From the human T2T-CHM13v2.0 reference genome, Homo sapiens, in assembly GCF_009914755.1 (NCBI RefSeq), contig NC_060926.1: DNA of 64,000 bases, one strand, 5' to 3'. The translations under genes and the position numbers were made by a program. Positions 1 to 13,190 of this stretch are shown here, piece after piece (the stretch's first letter is position 1; each line of letters opens with the position of its first letter). The notes under the pieces were generated by a model. The model saw only the letters and a program-made list of their open reading frames with translations, was not told where the DNA came from and ran no database searches.

Positions 1-3000
1 AATGGTTTCAGCGGAAATGATATTAGCTCTTCTTTGTAAGTTTGGTAGATTTGGCCATTAAACCATCTAATTCTGAGCTTTTCTTTTTGGGGAGATATTT
101 TATGATTGATTCAATCTTACTACTCATTTTTCATCTGTTTGTGTTTTTTATTTCTTCCTGACTCAGTCTTGATAGGTTGTATGTGTCCAGAAATTTGTCC
201 ATTTTCTCTAGGTTTCCCAGTTTGTCACCGTATAGTTTTTCAGAATAGTCTCTGATGACCTTTCGTATTTCTGTGGTATCAGTTATAATGTCTCCTTTTT
301 CATCTTGATTTTGTTTACTTGGATCTTCTCTCTTGGTTAGCCTGCCTAGTGGTTTATCAATTTTGTTTATCTTTTTGAAGAACTTTTTGTTTCATTAATC
401 TTTTGTGTTTTTTTTTTTTGTTTTTTTTTTTTGCCACTGTTTTGGTAATCCTGCCTTGATCTTTATTATTTCTTTCCTACTGCTTATTTTGGGTTTGGTT
501 TGCTTTTGCATTTCTAGTTCCTTAAGATACGTTGTTAGTTTGTTAATTTGTAATCTTTCTACTATTTTGAAGTAGACGTTTATTGCTATAAGCTACTTTT
601 TGCTATATCCACAGGTTTTAATATATTTTATTTTCATTTGTATTTGTTTCAAGAAAATGTTTGATTTCCATCTTAATTTATTTGTTCACTCAGTGGTCAT
701 TCAGCATCATGTTTTTTAATTTCCATGAGTTTGTATAGTTTCCAACATTTTTCTTAGTATCAGTTTCTGCTTTTATTCTGCTGTGATCTAAGAACATACT
801 AGATATTTCTACTTTTTAAAACTTGTCGAGGCTCACTTTGTGTCCTAACGTGTAGTCTATCTTGGACAATGTTCCATGTCCTGTTAGAAAAAAATGTATA
901 CTCCACAGTTGTTGTATAAAATGTTCTGTACATGTGTGTTAGATCCATTTTGTGTAAAGTCTGTTTTAAATAGGTTTTCTGTATATAATCTGTCTAATAC
1001 TGAGAGTGGGGTGTTTTAATTTCCCCACTATTATAGTATTGCAGCCTGTCTCTCTCTTTTGATCTGGTAATATTTGCATTATGAATCTTGGACCCTCAGT
1101 GTTAGGTGCATGTATGTTTGGAATTATTATATCATCTTGCAGGATTGATATTATGTAATGAACTTTCTTATCTTTTATAACTGTTCTTAAAATCTATTTT
1201 ATCTGATGTAAGTATGTCAACTCCTGCTCACTTTGATTTATGTTTTCATGGAATATCTTTTTCATCCCTTCACTTTCAGTCTATATGTGCCTTTAATGAT
1301 AAGGTGATTTTCCCATAAGTAGCATATAGTTACATCATGTTTTCTTTTTAAAATCTATTCACTGATTCTATAATTTTTAAGTGGAGAGTTTAATCTGTTA
1401 ACATTCAAGGTTATTATTAATATGTGAGGCTTTGTTCTTGTCATATTGTATTATTGCTTCTGGTTGTTGTACATATTCTTTTTTTCTTTCTTTTAGTGTT
1501 TGTCATTGTGGTCTCGTGGATTTCTGCAGTGTTACTACTTAAGTCCTTTCTCTTTCTTTTTGTGTGATTGCTTTACCAATGTGTTTTATATTTTCATGTG
1601 TTTTAATGATGGCAAATGTCATCATTTTAGTTCCAAGTTTAGGACACCCTTATGCTTTTCCTTAAGTCAGGTCTATTGGAAACAAATTTTCTTGGCATTT
1701 GCTTGCCTGGAAAAGACTTTTGTTCTTGTTTATTTATGAAGAATAATTTTGCTGGATGTAGTAGTCTTTGCTCACAGATAATTTTTTCAGCCCTTTGAAT
1801 ATATAATCTCATTCTCTTTTGGCCTGTAAGAGTTCTGCTGAAAAATCCACTTAATCTAATGGGTTTTCCTTTAAAGGTGACTAGATTCTTTTCTTGTTCT
1901 GTTTTTTAATGTTCATTCTTTGTCTTTGACTTTAGAGAAAAGACCCTCTTGCATTGTAACTGGGAATCATTGTTCCTCTGATATCTGAATATCTATGTCT
2001 TTTGCTAGACTTTAGAATTTTATCTATTATTTTGTTAAATAGATTTTTATATCTTTTCAGTTTCTCTTCTCCCTGTGCAGGTTTCATATTTATAATTTTT
2101 TAAATATTTTCTGTGTTTATATCTGTGCATCTGGTGTAACAGTCACTTCTTCCTATTTTTGAATTCATTTTATAGCAGAGAACATGTTATTGAAGATGTG
2201 TCTGTAATGTTGGCTGGGTAGGGTACTTTGGCAATGATACCTCGTGTGCACAATAGTGTAGTCTCTGTATGGATTCCTTGGCTGTAAACAGCATTAATGT
2301 TTTCTGTGATTTTCATAGTGGAAATTATATGAATTTGTGCTGGGGACTGGGAAGCCAGGTGGGCCAGTGGTGGAAGTGGTAGGCTGAGCATGCCTGTTTT
2401 TGTGTCACTGAGCAATATATTCTGGCACCTGTGTTGGTGTTTACTGGCAGGCTGATTCTTGGGCCTCCAGGGGGCTTGTTCAAATTCCAGTAGTGGCAAG
2501 AGAATGAGTGAATTCTTAACTCTCTGGGAAGCCAGTGTGGTGTGGGTAATGGCACTAACAGTGATGTTGCCACCCTCTGGGTCCCAGTTGGTGTGAACTG
2601 CTGGTGGCAGTGACTGCCGTATGGAGTCACCTCCAACAGCCCTAAACATGCTACTCTCAGGCTCTCTTGCTCTCTGTGGCAGCAATGCTGTTGCAGAACC
2701 AGTGAGGAGGGACATCATCTTCATATGCAAGTCTGGATTTCGAGGCCACACCATATCCAACCAGTGTGGTCACAGTCATCACTCACCACTGGACAGGTAG
2801 CCTTCTGGCTAGCCCACCTCAGCCCCTGGTGATAGAAGAATTGGTGGTATGGAGGGGAATGAGGAGTCCTGTTCTCTATGTAAGAGCTCAAGCACAGAGA
2901 CCACTCCACCTATGAGGGGATTTTACTCTTCACTTGTCAAGCTATGCACTAAGTTTGTGCTGTTGCTCAGGGTAGCATCACTTCTCACAGTTCCAGACAA

Positions 3001-3670
3001 TGAGTGCTCAGGCTCCAGAGGGTGCACACTTTTGTTTCTTTTGTTCCAGGGGCTGCCTTTTGGTGAACTGCACCATCCTTTCCCCAGGGAGTAGTGCTCC
3101 CTGTGGACTAGAGTACTGGGGACCTTGCAGCACCTTTGAGTATAGCCTGTGCTGTGCTGCTGCAGCCCTCTGAGTGGACATTGGGGAATGCCAGCAGGAG
3201 TTTCTGGGATGTGAAGATATGGGAGCAGTCATTCCCAGGGCCGAATGCAGTCTTGTACAGCGGCACTCACAAAATACTGCCCTACTGCAGTCATTCAGTT
3301 CTCAAAGAGGGGTGAGTAACCCAGCACAAGTTCTCGATCTGCTGTAGTGCTCTCATGGGGTCTCCAAATCACTGTCCACAGTAGTGTCAGAGTTCATGTG
3401 TGTAGTGGAGCTCTCCTGTGGTTTGGGTTGCAGCAGTCTGTGGCAGGGATGTGGACTCCCTAAGCTCTTTCATTTATTCTTTCCCTGCAATTCCAAGCCC
3501 CTATGGGCTCCCAGCCAATCCTGGCCCAGCTGGCAACTTCATTCTTCTTCTGTGCTTCAGGTGTTTCCTGTGAGTTTTCCATTGGATTCTAGAGTTTGGC
3601 CTATTCATATTATGAGTTCTTCATTCTGGAGAGGCCAGATGTCCGCTGTCTCTAGTCACTCTTCTTGAGC
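1..3670 (-). mobile_element. Old LINE-1 (L1MA/L1PB-like) 5' portion: ORF2 N-terminal half, degraded ORF1 and GC-richer 5'UTR; runs off the window start
   Basis: Bases 1-1400 are colinear with the antisense ORF2 of the L1PA3 at 23760-25250 (aatggtttcagcggaaatg vs aatagtttcagaaggaatg). 1600-2080 resembles antisense ORF1. 2080-3670 is GC-richer and ends in an L1 5'-terminus-like motif (tctagtcactcttcttg). Confidence 0.85.
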
Positions 3671-3739
3671 CCTTCATCTATTTATGTATTTATTTTAAAA
3701 ATATATACATATACCTTTTTCCCTTTTTTGGCATTTGCA

Positions 3740-5370
3740 ATTTAATTTTCTTTGTTATTGTCCTTCTGTAGGTAAGGTATCTTTCCATCCTCTGGCATCT
3801 TTCAAAATTTTATTTTTGTATTTTATTTTCTGCAGTTAAAATATGATGTGCCTAGGTGTAGATTTTTTGGTATTTATATAATTGATGCTTTATGAGTTTC
3901 CTGGATCTGTGGTTTGATGTCTGTCATTAGTTTTTGTAAATTCTTGATATTATTGTTTCAAATTATTTCTTTTGTTCCCTTTTCATTTGATTTTCTTTTT
4001 GGTATTTCCATTACATGTATGTTAAACCTTAGGCAATTGTATCACAGTTCTTGAATATTCTCTTGTCTTTTTCATTTATTTTCCTCTTTGCATTTCAGAT
4101 TTAAAAGTTTTTATTGACATTTCAAGCTTGCTGTTTTTTTTTCCTTGGATATGCCTAGGCTATTGATGAACCAATTAAAGGTATTCTTTATTTCTGTTAA
4201 AATGATTTTGATTTCTAGCTTTTCCTTTTGATCTTTTCTTAGTTTTCATCTTTCTGCTTACATTGCACATGTGATCTTTCATGCTGTACATTGTTTCCTT
4301 TAGAACTCTAAACATATTAATCATAGTTGTTTTAAATTCTGCGTCTTATAATTTCAACTCCTCTGCCATATCTGAATGTGATTCTGTTGCTTTCTTTCTC
4401 TCTTTAAACAGTGATTTTTGTTTCTTAGTATGTTTTGTAGTTGTTTGTTGAAAACCAGAGATAATATACTGGATAAAAGGGACAGAGGTATATAGGCCTT
4501 TAGTGTGAGGTTTTAGGTTTTTTTGAGGTAGGTTATATTTACTGTTGGCTGTATTTGTATGTTTCAGAGGCTAACATTTCCACCAGTGTTCTTGTTTATA
4601 TCTCTCTGTTGTAGTTAGCATTTCTTATAGACATCTTAAATAAAATACAATTTGTTCAGTTCTTTTGGTTGTATTCTCCTATTATACAGGAGCCCTATTG
4701 GTATGGTAAAGTATGGGGGATGAGAAGCCTTGTGATTAGGTTTTAATATTTTAATGAGTCTTCACGAGTGCTTATCAGCTCTCCTAACCGCTCTCCTTTG
4801 TCGAGGAAATAAGGCTAAAGGGGGCCAGAGTTTGGCATTTTCCTTCCTTTAAGCCAGTTAGGCTCTGATAAAATAATTTGTCCTGAAGGCAGGCCTTGTT
4901 AAGAAGAATAGAATGCTCTGGTGTATTTTAAAGTAGCTACTATTCCCCTCCCATTCCAGAAGTAAGAAGGTTTTATTCTCCAGTCTTCACTGTGAGAATC
5001 TGGTATAGCTCCTATAGGTAAAACTCACAAAAGTGTGAGTGGTCCTCTAAGACTGGACCTACCTAATGTTTTTAATTCTTAAACTTGTCTACACTCAGTC
5101 TCCAGCAATTCACCAATTGCACTGTAGGTTTTATTATTTTGGAACTAGTTTCCATGGAGATTTCTGCCCATAACTTTTTGCTCTGCTAAGTTGCGATTAT
5201 CTGTGTTTGCCTTTCTCTTTAATTTTGGGGGCATAGGTTTGCTTTGTGGCCTCAAATATCTTATGGGTCTATGAAGAATTGTTGATATTCAGCTTATTGA
5301 GCTTTCTTCTTGTATAAATGGTAGTGATGACTTTCAAGCTGCTTACATTCTGTACCAAAAACCAAAATTC
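3740..5370 (-). mobile_element. Older LINE-1 (L1MC/L1MD-like) 5' end: ORF1 N-terminus plus 5'UTR
   Basis: Colinear similarity to the 5' end of the element at 31940-33420 (gtgatgactttcaagctgcttacattctgtaccaaaaacc vs gtggtgacttccaagctcctcatatcctgaaccagaaatc). Probably the host into which the 1-3670 L1 inserted. Confidence 0.75.
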
Positions 5371-7684
5371 AAAAGGTGGTTTATACAAAGTAATATTTCT
5401 TGGTAATCAAGCAAAGAGGAATTGGACATGCATAGTCTCAGGAATAAAACCTCACTCACACATTTTCACTCCTTTGGATTTAGTTAAGCTACCCTCAAGA
5501 TTCACAGCATGTTATATTCAAATTCATCCTAAGGTGTTAACCACTATGTTAGGACCAACCCCTCACACACACCCACGGGAGTCATTTTTATTTTTTGGTG
5601 TTCTTTTACATGTCTGAGCATTCTAGATTAGCTGCTTCTGAATAATGTTTACTCTCAGCCAATGTTATGTTAAGCTGGGTGCTCCTTTTGTTTCTCCTTG
5701 GGCAACACTTCAAATTATAGTGTATGAGTGGTTTTCTTCCAGAATTTCATCCAATTTTTAATATAACCGTGCTATGTCTTGATTAGGTATTTGTAAGTCA
5801 ACCATCATCTTTCTTTCAGTTTTGTGCATCCTCTTTCATATTCAGTTTTATGCATATGTAAATGCCTATACGCATATATACACCTGGGAACATACATATA
5901 TACACACATATATACAGACACGTATTTCTATAAATTTAGTTAAATAATGGAAAATGGGGTATGTAGAGAGGGTAAGCAGTTATTCTCAAGTAAGCATATT
6001 TTCTATGTGTCTTCAGGTCTTTCCACAGAGTAAAGCAGCAAACAGCAAGTCCCCAGAATACCCTGATAGAATTAATCATGCAGAACAGAAGCTCTCAATT
6101 TCACAGCATTTACTAGAGGACAGCCTGGTCCAGTTGGACCATGCCTTAAATAGAGAAAATCATAGAGTAAAACACATTTGAATCATAACATCTCTTCCAA
6201 GATGTAGGAAAAAAAAGAGATTGTCAAACAGATTTATTCACTGAATCATCTAAGGGCACTTGTCCACAGTACAATATGGATCACCTATATGATATAAATG
6301 ATTGTGAAAAATGCTGTCATAGGGGCATAATTTTTCAGGTGAGTTGTTCTACCTCACCAACAAGGAGAAAGTACTACACAGACCCAACTAGTTTAAATAA
6401 AAACCTTGCATGTAAAGGAAGAAAAGATAATGTTTGCTTTGGATGTGACGGTAACAATTATGATCAAACATAAGAATAATAAAGGCAAGAGTAAAGGAAG
6501 ACTCACACAGACTCTGTAGGTAAGCATGCAATTGCTTTTATTATTTATACCCATTATAGTATTTATACCCATTATACCCTAAGAGGCTGAAAACTACATA
6601 ACAGGTTGCTAACAGATTCTTGTCATCTGGTGTGAACACAGTTCCATAGTCATGAATGCTGTGACATCTTTTAAAACAGGTTGGGGTAATGCTTAACAGA
6701 CATTTGTTAGCAGTCCAAACTTCTAAACACTGAAAAAAAAAAAAAAGGAATTATCAGCAAGAATGGCAGTTGCACACTTGAGTCCTTGTTATGATATTTA
6801 TTGGGCTGCTCCAGAAAACTTTAGCTGTGCACATTTAGTTGATTACGTAAATAGTTGCCACTATTCTGACTATAACCAGATTTGATGTTAATAAGGCTTT
6901 ATTAAATATTATAGTGATAAGATCTGGCTGAGCAATACGTGGTAGCATATGGTTTCAATGCTGACCCACCATACTGAAAGAACTTATGGGTTAGGTTTTA
7001 CAAGAAGATACGTATCAATTATTACTAAATTATTTGAATCCAGTAAATAAGACAAGGGATTTAGCAATATAAAACACATTAGTCTGAAAGAGGAGTTCTG
7101 TGCCTTACTTTTATCTCTCACTGTAGTTGCGTCTCATGTTCCCTTTTTATAAGAAGTTAAGCTATATCACCTGTTTTGAAAAATTCTCAATCTTGGAAGC
7201 TCATCAAAAACATTTAGTGAACTTTTGAAAAAACTAAGGATATTTAGGTCCTGTCTAGAACAACTGGAACAGAATATCCACCCAGGAATTCATTCATTCA
7301 TTCATTCATTTATTGTTCCTGATCCTCTATTCTTATTTTTTTGCTTAGCTTTTTTAATTTTACAAGTATTTCTGATACATAATCAGCATTGAGAACCCCT
7401 CCTACAAGTCTTTTCTACATCCTAAATTGAAATTATTATTGTACAACAGGACACTAGTATCCACCAGCATTCCCAAGTCATCTGGCATACCTCAAAAGAA
7501 TAACTAAACCTAGAAAGAATTAAAGCAACTGCCCAGAGCAAAGGTGGGAACAAATAGCCATAATCAAAAGTTAAGTAAGAAAAGTGTTATGGAAAAATCT
7601 AAGGCAATTCTAGACATTGTAAATAACCTAGAGATATTCTGACCTGAAGAACTAGGATTAAGATACATTTCAGAGTATTGAAAC

Positions 7685-8286
7685 TGTGGCAGGCCAGGTC
7701 TCAATAACGTGGGCCTCCATAACAACTGTTTCCGTACTGACTGAGTGGTTAAGTTAAATATTAAAAGCCAGTGCCCTTATACGAAGGCTGGAATGTAACA
7801 AAAATCCACCAAAAGTTTTGCCTAGACATTGCCTGAACCTTAAAACATGATTAAACAAGTCTTATTGAGGCTCTGAAGAAACTCCCCAGGCCTCCACAAA
7901 CAAGTCTATTGGGAGTCTGAAGGCACTCCCCAGACCTCCGTGATTTAGCAGAAGACCAGGTAAGGGTAATCACCCCAACACCTGGACCCATTTAGATTAC
8001 GTAAATTTACTGGGGCTCCAGAGGAAGGTCTTCAAGACTCAGACCTTTGCTATAGATTAAAATAAGTTACTCATTTATGTCTTTAGATAAGAGCACACTT
8101 ACAAGTAGACATATAGCTTAGAAGGTATATAAGCTCTGGAAAATGTTATTTTGAGTTGGCCTGGCGATAATTTCTAGGCCTTCTCCCTGTAACTGGTTAC
8201 AGAAATAAAAACTCTCTTCCTCCCCAGTTCATCTGCATTTCGTTATTAGGCCACGAGAAATTGCAGCTCAGTTTGGTCCGGGAACA
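7685..8286 (+). mobile_element. Solo ERV1-class LTR, PABL-like
   Basis: TG...CA termini (tgtggcaggccaggtctc ... ggtccgggaaca), 4-bp TSD aaac at 7681-7684 and 8287-8290, TATA-like tatataa ~8126, AATAAA ~8204. Family name is from recalled consensus. Confidence 0.8.
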
Positions 8287-8669
8287 AAACTAGGAGTTTT
8301 TTTAGGTCTGATGCAGCACAGGTAATTAAACAAGACCATCAAATTATGCAAGATCAGGAAAGTCAATGGCAAGTGTACAACACTGAGATCGAGCTGGAAG
8401 TAGGGATGGTACTAATCCAGATAGCTGGTTGACCAGGCTTACTATCCCTAGAGAGTAGGTAGTAATTCTGCAAAAGAGTTTCCCCATCTTGACACCACTG
8501 TAATCAGGGGAGTATGTGTGAGAGAATGAAGAGGAAGTGATAGATATAGGAAAACATTTTCTAAATTAGTTCTAAAATGCCAGAAGGAGAAGACTAATTA
8601 GGTTTTGGTGTTTTAGCCCTAGAGCAATAAAGTTTCTAAACTCCATTATGTAATACAACAACAATTTAT

Positions 8670-9070
8670 TTCTTTCCAACCTCTTACATCATTAAATCTA
8701 GTGAAATACTACTCATTTCTTTCCCCTCTTCTCAAATACTCACTCTCTTGCCCTATTTCAGAGTCTTATTGTCTGCAACATGAATTGTTGCTCCAGTTTT
8801 CTCATTGGGTCCCCTATTTCCTCTATTGTCCTCTCACAGACCAGTTTATCCTCTACACCCACCAGGGTATTGTTTATGTAAACATGAAATATGGCTTGAA
8901 ACTTTCAGTTTCTGCCTGTTTCTTCCAGGACAAAGACTAATATTTCTTATGGCATGTGACTGGTTTTTCACCATCTGACTACATCTTAAGACTCTTATCC
9001 CTATGTTCTCCATATGTACTCATTTCCAATCAGTCACTTTCACTTGACTATTTCCCGTTAATAATTCATG
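8670..9070 (+). mobile_element. Degraded L2 fragment
   Basis: Pyrimidine-rich tract with L2-like motifs (ccagtttatcctctacac...ccaggacaaagactaatatttcttatggcatg). Confidence 0.4.
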
Positions 9071-9091
9071 TTGATGTAGCAAGTGGAAGCT

Positions 9092-9432
9092 TATCTTAGT
9101 ATGTTCAGGCTGCTATAACAAAATGTAGGTGACCTAAAAACAATAGTAGTTTATTTTTTACAGTTATGGTGACTGGGAAGTCCAAGATCAAGGTGCTGGC
9201 AAATTAGATGTCTGCTTCCTAGCAAGCTGTCTTTTTGCTGTAACCTCATGTGGCAGAAATGGTGAAGGATCTCTCTCAGGCCTCTTTTATACAGGCACCA
9301 ATCCCATTCATGGGAGCCACACTCTCCTGACCTAATTACCCTCCAAAGGCCCCACCTCCAAATACCATCACAACTGGGGATTAGGTTTCAATAGAGGAGT
9401 TTGGTGGTGATATTAACATTCAGTCTATGGCA
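9092..9432 (-). mobile_element. MaLR solo LTR, MLT1A/MLT1A0-like
   Basis: tcttagtatgttcaggctgctataacaaaa ... gggaagtccaagatcaaggtgctggca ... aaggccccacctccaaataccatcaca ... aacattcagtctatggca. Confidence 0.85.
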
Positions 9433-10782
9433 AGGCTGAAAAAGCTAATCTCTCAAATTGGAAGGAAGAAATAAAGGCTTCTGTGGATTGAGAATAAGGA
9501 TGCCAGATGTATGAAGGCAGCCTCTCCCCTGTGTTACATCAGAAGACGCTCCTCAGTCATCCAGGACCCTTTCAAGGCCAGCCATGTCTGTTGTCCTTCA
9601 GACCTTCTTTGTTTGGTTGGGTTATAATGACTAGTTTCAGCACTTTTGAGTCAGTCTGTCCTCTATAAGGACATGAAGAGGGAACAATGTGAGTTCATCA
9701 TGTTCAACTTCTTTTCTAAACAGAAAATACCTTTTCCAAAAATTCTCACTTTGTAAAAGCCTGATTATTTGCTTTTAGCTGATTGGTAAAGGAAGATTCT
9801 CTGAGTTACTGAAGGAGAAGAGACACAAAAGAATCCCGTTTCCTTATGGTGGGATGGGGGCAATGGGGAGGAATTATTGAATGTCAATCATAATGGTTCA
9901 GTACAAACTGATGATTCCCACATGGAGATGCATAAAGTTATGAAATGGAAAGGTATGCTAAACTGGTAAATGTAGTAATTTTTGTAAAGCCAAAAGTAGT
10001 CATTAAAATATTTTATATTAGTGCCTAATTTATTTTATAAAATTGCATGCTAGTATTTTTTTCAAATAACCTTACTAGGCAAATAAAAATTTGCCAACTA
10101 TGTCAAACAATCATATTTTTAAAAAATCTCTTACTGTATTGCTCTGTAATGTTTGCAATCATTATGTGACACCATGGAATAGTTCTTATTGAATCAAAAC
10201 AGCAGCACAGACAGAATTATAGTTTATTGATGCCCTAAATTCAGATATCTGTGAAATAACTTACAGAGTATATTAGAATTTGTACATTGACTTACTACAT
10301 ATTTTATTTCTAAGTAGAGAAAGAAAGCTGCCTTCAGATTATATCACCTTTGATTATCTTCTCATTACATTTTCTTTCACTTTGTCTATGGAAAATAATA
10401 CACTTATTTGTATATTTCAATATTTTTTCATATTATATTAACAAATTGGCACTCAGGTTGCACACATCATTTTCTATATGTGTTACTGTAGTTCTACTCC
10501 ATCCTCTACTGTAAACTTCTCTTAGAAATTCACTCAAATTCATGTATATATTGAAGTTTTAAGATAATTCAATAGTTCAATAAAGAGTAACACTGAATTC
10601 ATATTATTTCTTCACTCCAAAAGAAGCATTGTTTAGATACCATACTCGTTTTTCTATTATTTGAATACCAAAGTACAAAATCTGTGTTACTTTCTGATGA
10701 TAATAGTTTAGTGTAGCACTTCTGCATATTGTCCTGATATTGATCCTTACAAGGATACCATGAAAGTAGAAGAAAAGACATT

Positions 10783-10880
10783 ACTCCCATTTATAGATGA
10801 GCAAAATGAGATTTAGACGGGTTTGAAGACTTGCCTAAAGTAACTATAAACAGTGAAAGTCAGTGAAAACCAACACTTAA
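10783..10880 (-). mobile_element. MIR fragment
   Basis: MIR core cccatttatagatgagcaaaatgagatttagacgggtttgaagacttgcctaaag. Confidence 0.6.
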
Positions 10881-10954
10881 CAAGTTTAAGATTAGGCTAT
10901 TGGAGTACTGGCGTGTATTAGATAGAGATTTTGATTTGCAAGTTTGAGAGACCA

Positions 10955-11275
10955 TTTCGTAGGCAATTGACATTATTTAGACATTTAATATGAATGAATT
11001 GGTGAGATGTCACAGAACTTTGAACAGTGGAATCAGGATTTTACATTTTTAAAGAATTTGTCTGCTGCTTTTATGAGAGTATACTGTAGAGGGTCAAAAA
11101 TAGAAGAGACTATTGCAATAACCTAGATGAGAGGTGGTGGGAATTTGGATCAGAAAACTAGTGGTAAAGATGGTGAAAACAGATCTCACTCTGAATACAT
11201 TTTGAAGAAAGGGCAAAGAATTTGCCAGTAACAGTTGGATGTGAGATAAAAGGGGAATAAAAGATAACCCAGCTT
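10955..11275 (-). mobile_element. L2 fragment
   Basis: Antisense L2 motif gactattgcaataacctagatgagaggtggtgggaatttggatcag...gtggtaaagatggtgaaaa. Confidence 0.7.
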
Positions 11276-12249
11276 TTTTTGTGTAAGATACTCTACATAT
11301 GTAGTTACCCTATAAGGGTGATGAATAGTTCCTGGACAAGAATTAAATACAACATGCTGTAGATGACCACATGTACAACAAAGAACTTTTTATGGATGGG
11401 ACCTTAATATATTTCTGAAATAAAAAAATGTGGATGCAATCAACTTTGATAGGATAGGAAATATGTCTATTAATATATGTACTATAAAAGAATACAAATG
11501 TGTATTAACCCATAATTTAAAATACCAAGAAAAATTACATAGAATACAATTCAATCAACTATCACTAACATCATCAAAGGTATAGCAGTATTATATTCAA
11601 ATTTGATAGCCCAATTCAAATTCAAATTTCATTAGATGATAATATCGAGACTCGCTAATGGGTGCTATATTCTACTTTGAGAGTCAAATAATCTCAATAT
11701 TATCACTAGATAACTGAATTCTCATTAAATTTTATTTAAAATCAACTTCTGTAATACTTATAATAAATTACAGAATTTGTTTTTACTTCTCCCATACTCT
11801 GCCCTTTTTTCTTTTTTTTATTTGTGAGTCATGGAAAAGATGCACATAACATTTATAAAAATAATATGATAAGTTAATATGTATGCAGTATTATTATATT
11901 ACATATTTCCTTCTGTTAAAGAGCTCAATATTCACTTCATGTTAATAATGATGAAGGCTGATTATTATCATTAACCTAAACTTGGCAACTATTTTGTAGG
12001 TCCAATCATTAGGTAGTGCTGTAATTGAATCAAATCATCCAATAATGTTCTTTGTCATCAAAGATCTATTTTGATTAATGGTAAGATTTGTATTCAAGTT
12101 GTTATTAAAAAGGATTATACATTTTATTAGAACAAACATTACAAACAATGTGTTGTTAATACCCTCTGTTTCTTCCCAAAACTAAAGGTTCCTCTATGAC
12201 ATCTCTTCGTGTAACGTGGCCCTTGGCAATACATGTGAAGTATAAGTGC

Positions 12250-12360
12250 ACATTGCTTTGTCTCACACCAGATCTTTGAGGAGCGACCAGGCAGGAAATT
12301 TGCATTTTTAATAAGCTCCCCAAGGTGACCTTTATGCACACTATAGTTTAAAAGCTACCT
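12250..12360. mobile_element. MER5-type hAT/Charlie DNA transposon fragment
   Basis: caggaaatttgcatttttaataagctccccaaggtgacctttatgcacactatagttt matches the MER5A terminal region. Confidence 0.6.
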
Positions 12361-13039
12361 GTGACAGCCAATATAACTGAATTTATTTACAAATTCAGTA
12401 TATGCAAAAAAAAAAAAAAAAAGAAATTCAAATGGAGAATTGATGACAGCTTGTACTTCACACCCTTAAATGTTAGTGGGGAAAGAAGGGCACAAATTAT
12501 GATGAGTGGGCAGGATGCCAAGCTCATTAAAATTCTTACTGGCTCATTGCCTGATTTCCCAGTGACCTGGTCATATTTTAAGCAATTCATCAATCAAGAA
12601 TAAATATTTAGCGAGAATGTGTGGCATGCTCAAGGTGTGGTGTGATTTCTCCTGGTCCCCGGGCATATGGACATATGTTATATTTGCATGATTGATTGTG
12701 CATGATCTCTCAGTATTTCTCCAATCTGTTGGCAGGACGAAACCACTGCTATACCCAAATTGCCCTCAACAGGCTACTTATGAAGGGGGAAATAGCAATG
12801 AAATAAGCGAGTCGGGTTTACACATTAGGCAAATCCAATAGGATTATTTTCAATGCAGATGAAGCCTCAAAATAGTTTTGGGATGGACACAGAATCTGGG
12901 CTTTCAGATCGTTCTCTGTATTCCTTTTTATCATATTAGCTAAACCACCTATTTGAAACGATACAAATTTAAAACATATTTCTCATATAGACTAGGTGAA
13001 GTTTAAGAAGCAAAGAAGTTGGAATGGAATGATAGGTGT

Positions 13040-13190
13040 TTGAGTTGGACTGAGCTTCTCTGACACGTCATCTCTAAAATGTGGATAAAAATGGACACTT
13101 TCAGGACTTCTGTAACTATGAAGAGCAAATGAGTTATTGTATCAAATAATAAGAGCATCTTGACATTGTAAAGTGCTACAGAAATATTAT
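13040..13190 (+). mobile_element. MIR fragment
   Basis: tcatctctaaaatgtggataaaaatgg...aaagtgcta. Confidence 0.5.

Noticed and set aside
2170-2760. 196-aa minus-strand ORF and neighbouring ORFs to 3668
   Set aside because: They lie in the GC-richer 5'UTR of an old L1. There is no recognisable domain, and stop scarcity is explained by composition.
3740-5370. Apparent segmental duplication with 31940-33420 (also 28760-29765 vs 56355-57412, and 9092-9432 vs 61966-62326)
   Set aside because: Divergence is high and similarity is confined to repeat bodies, consistent with independent copies of related families.
6542-6578. Short tandem duplications (tatttatacccattata x2; also ~53182-53248, ~34-bp x2)
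   Set aside because: Two-copy slippage duplications with no spacers; not CRISPR-like and no sign of function.
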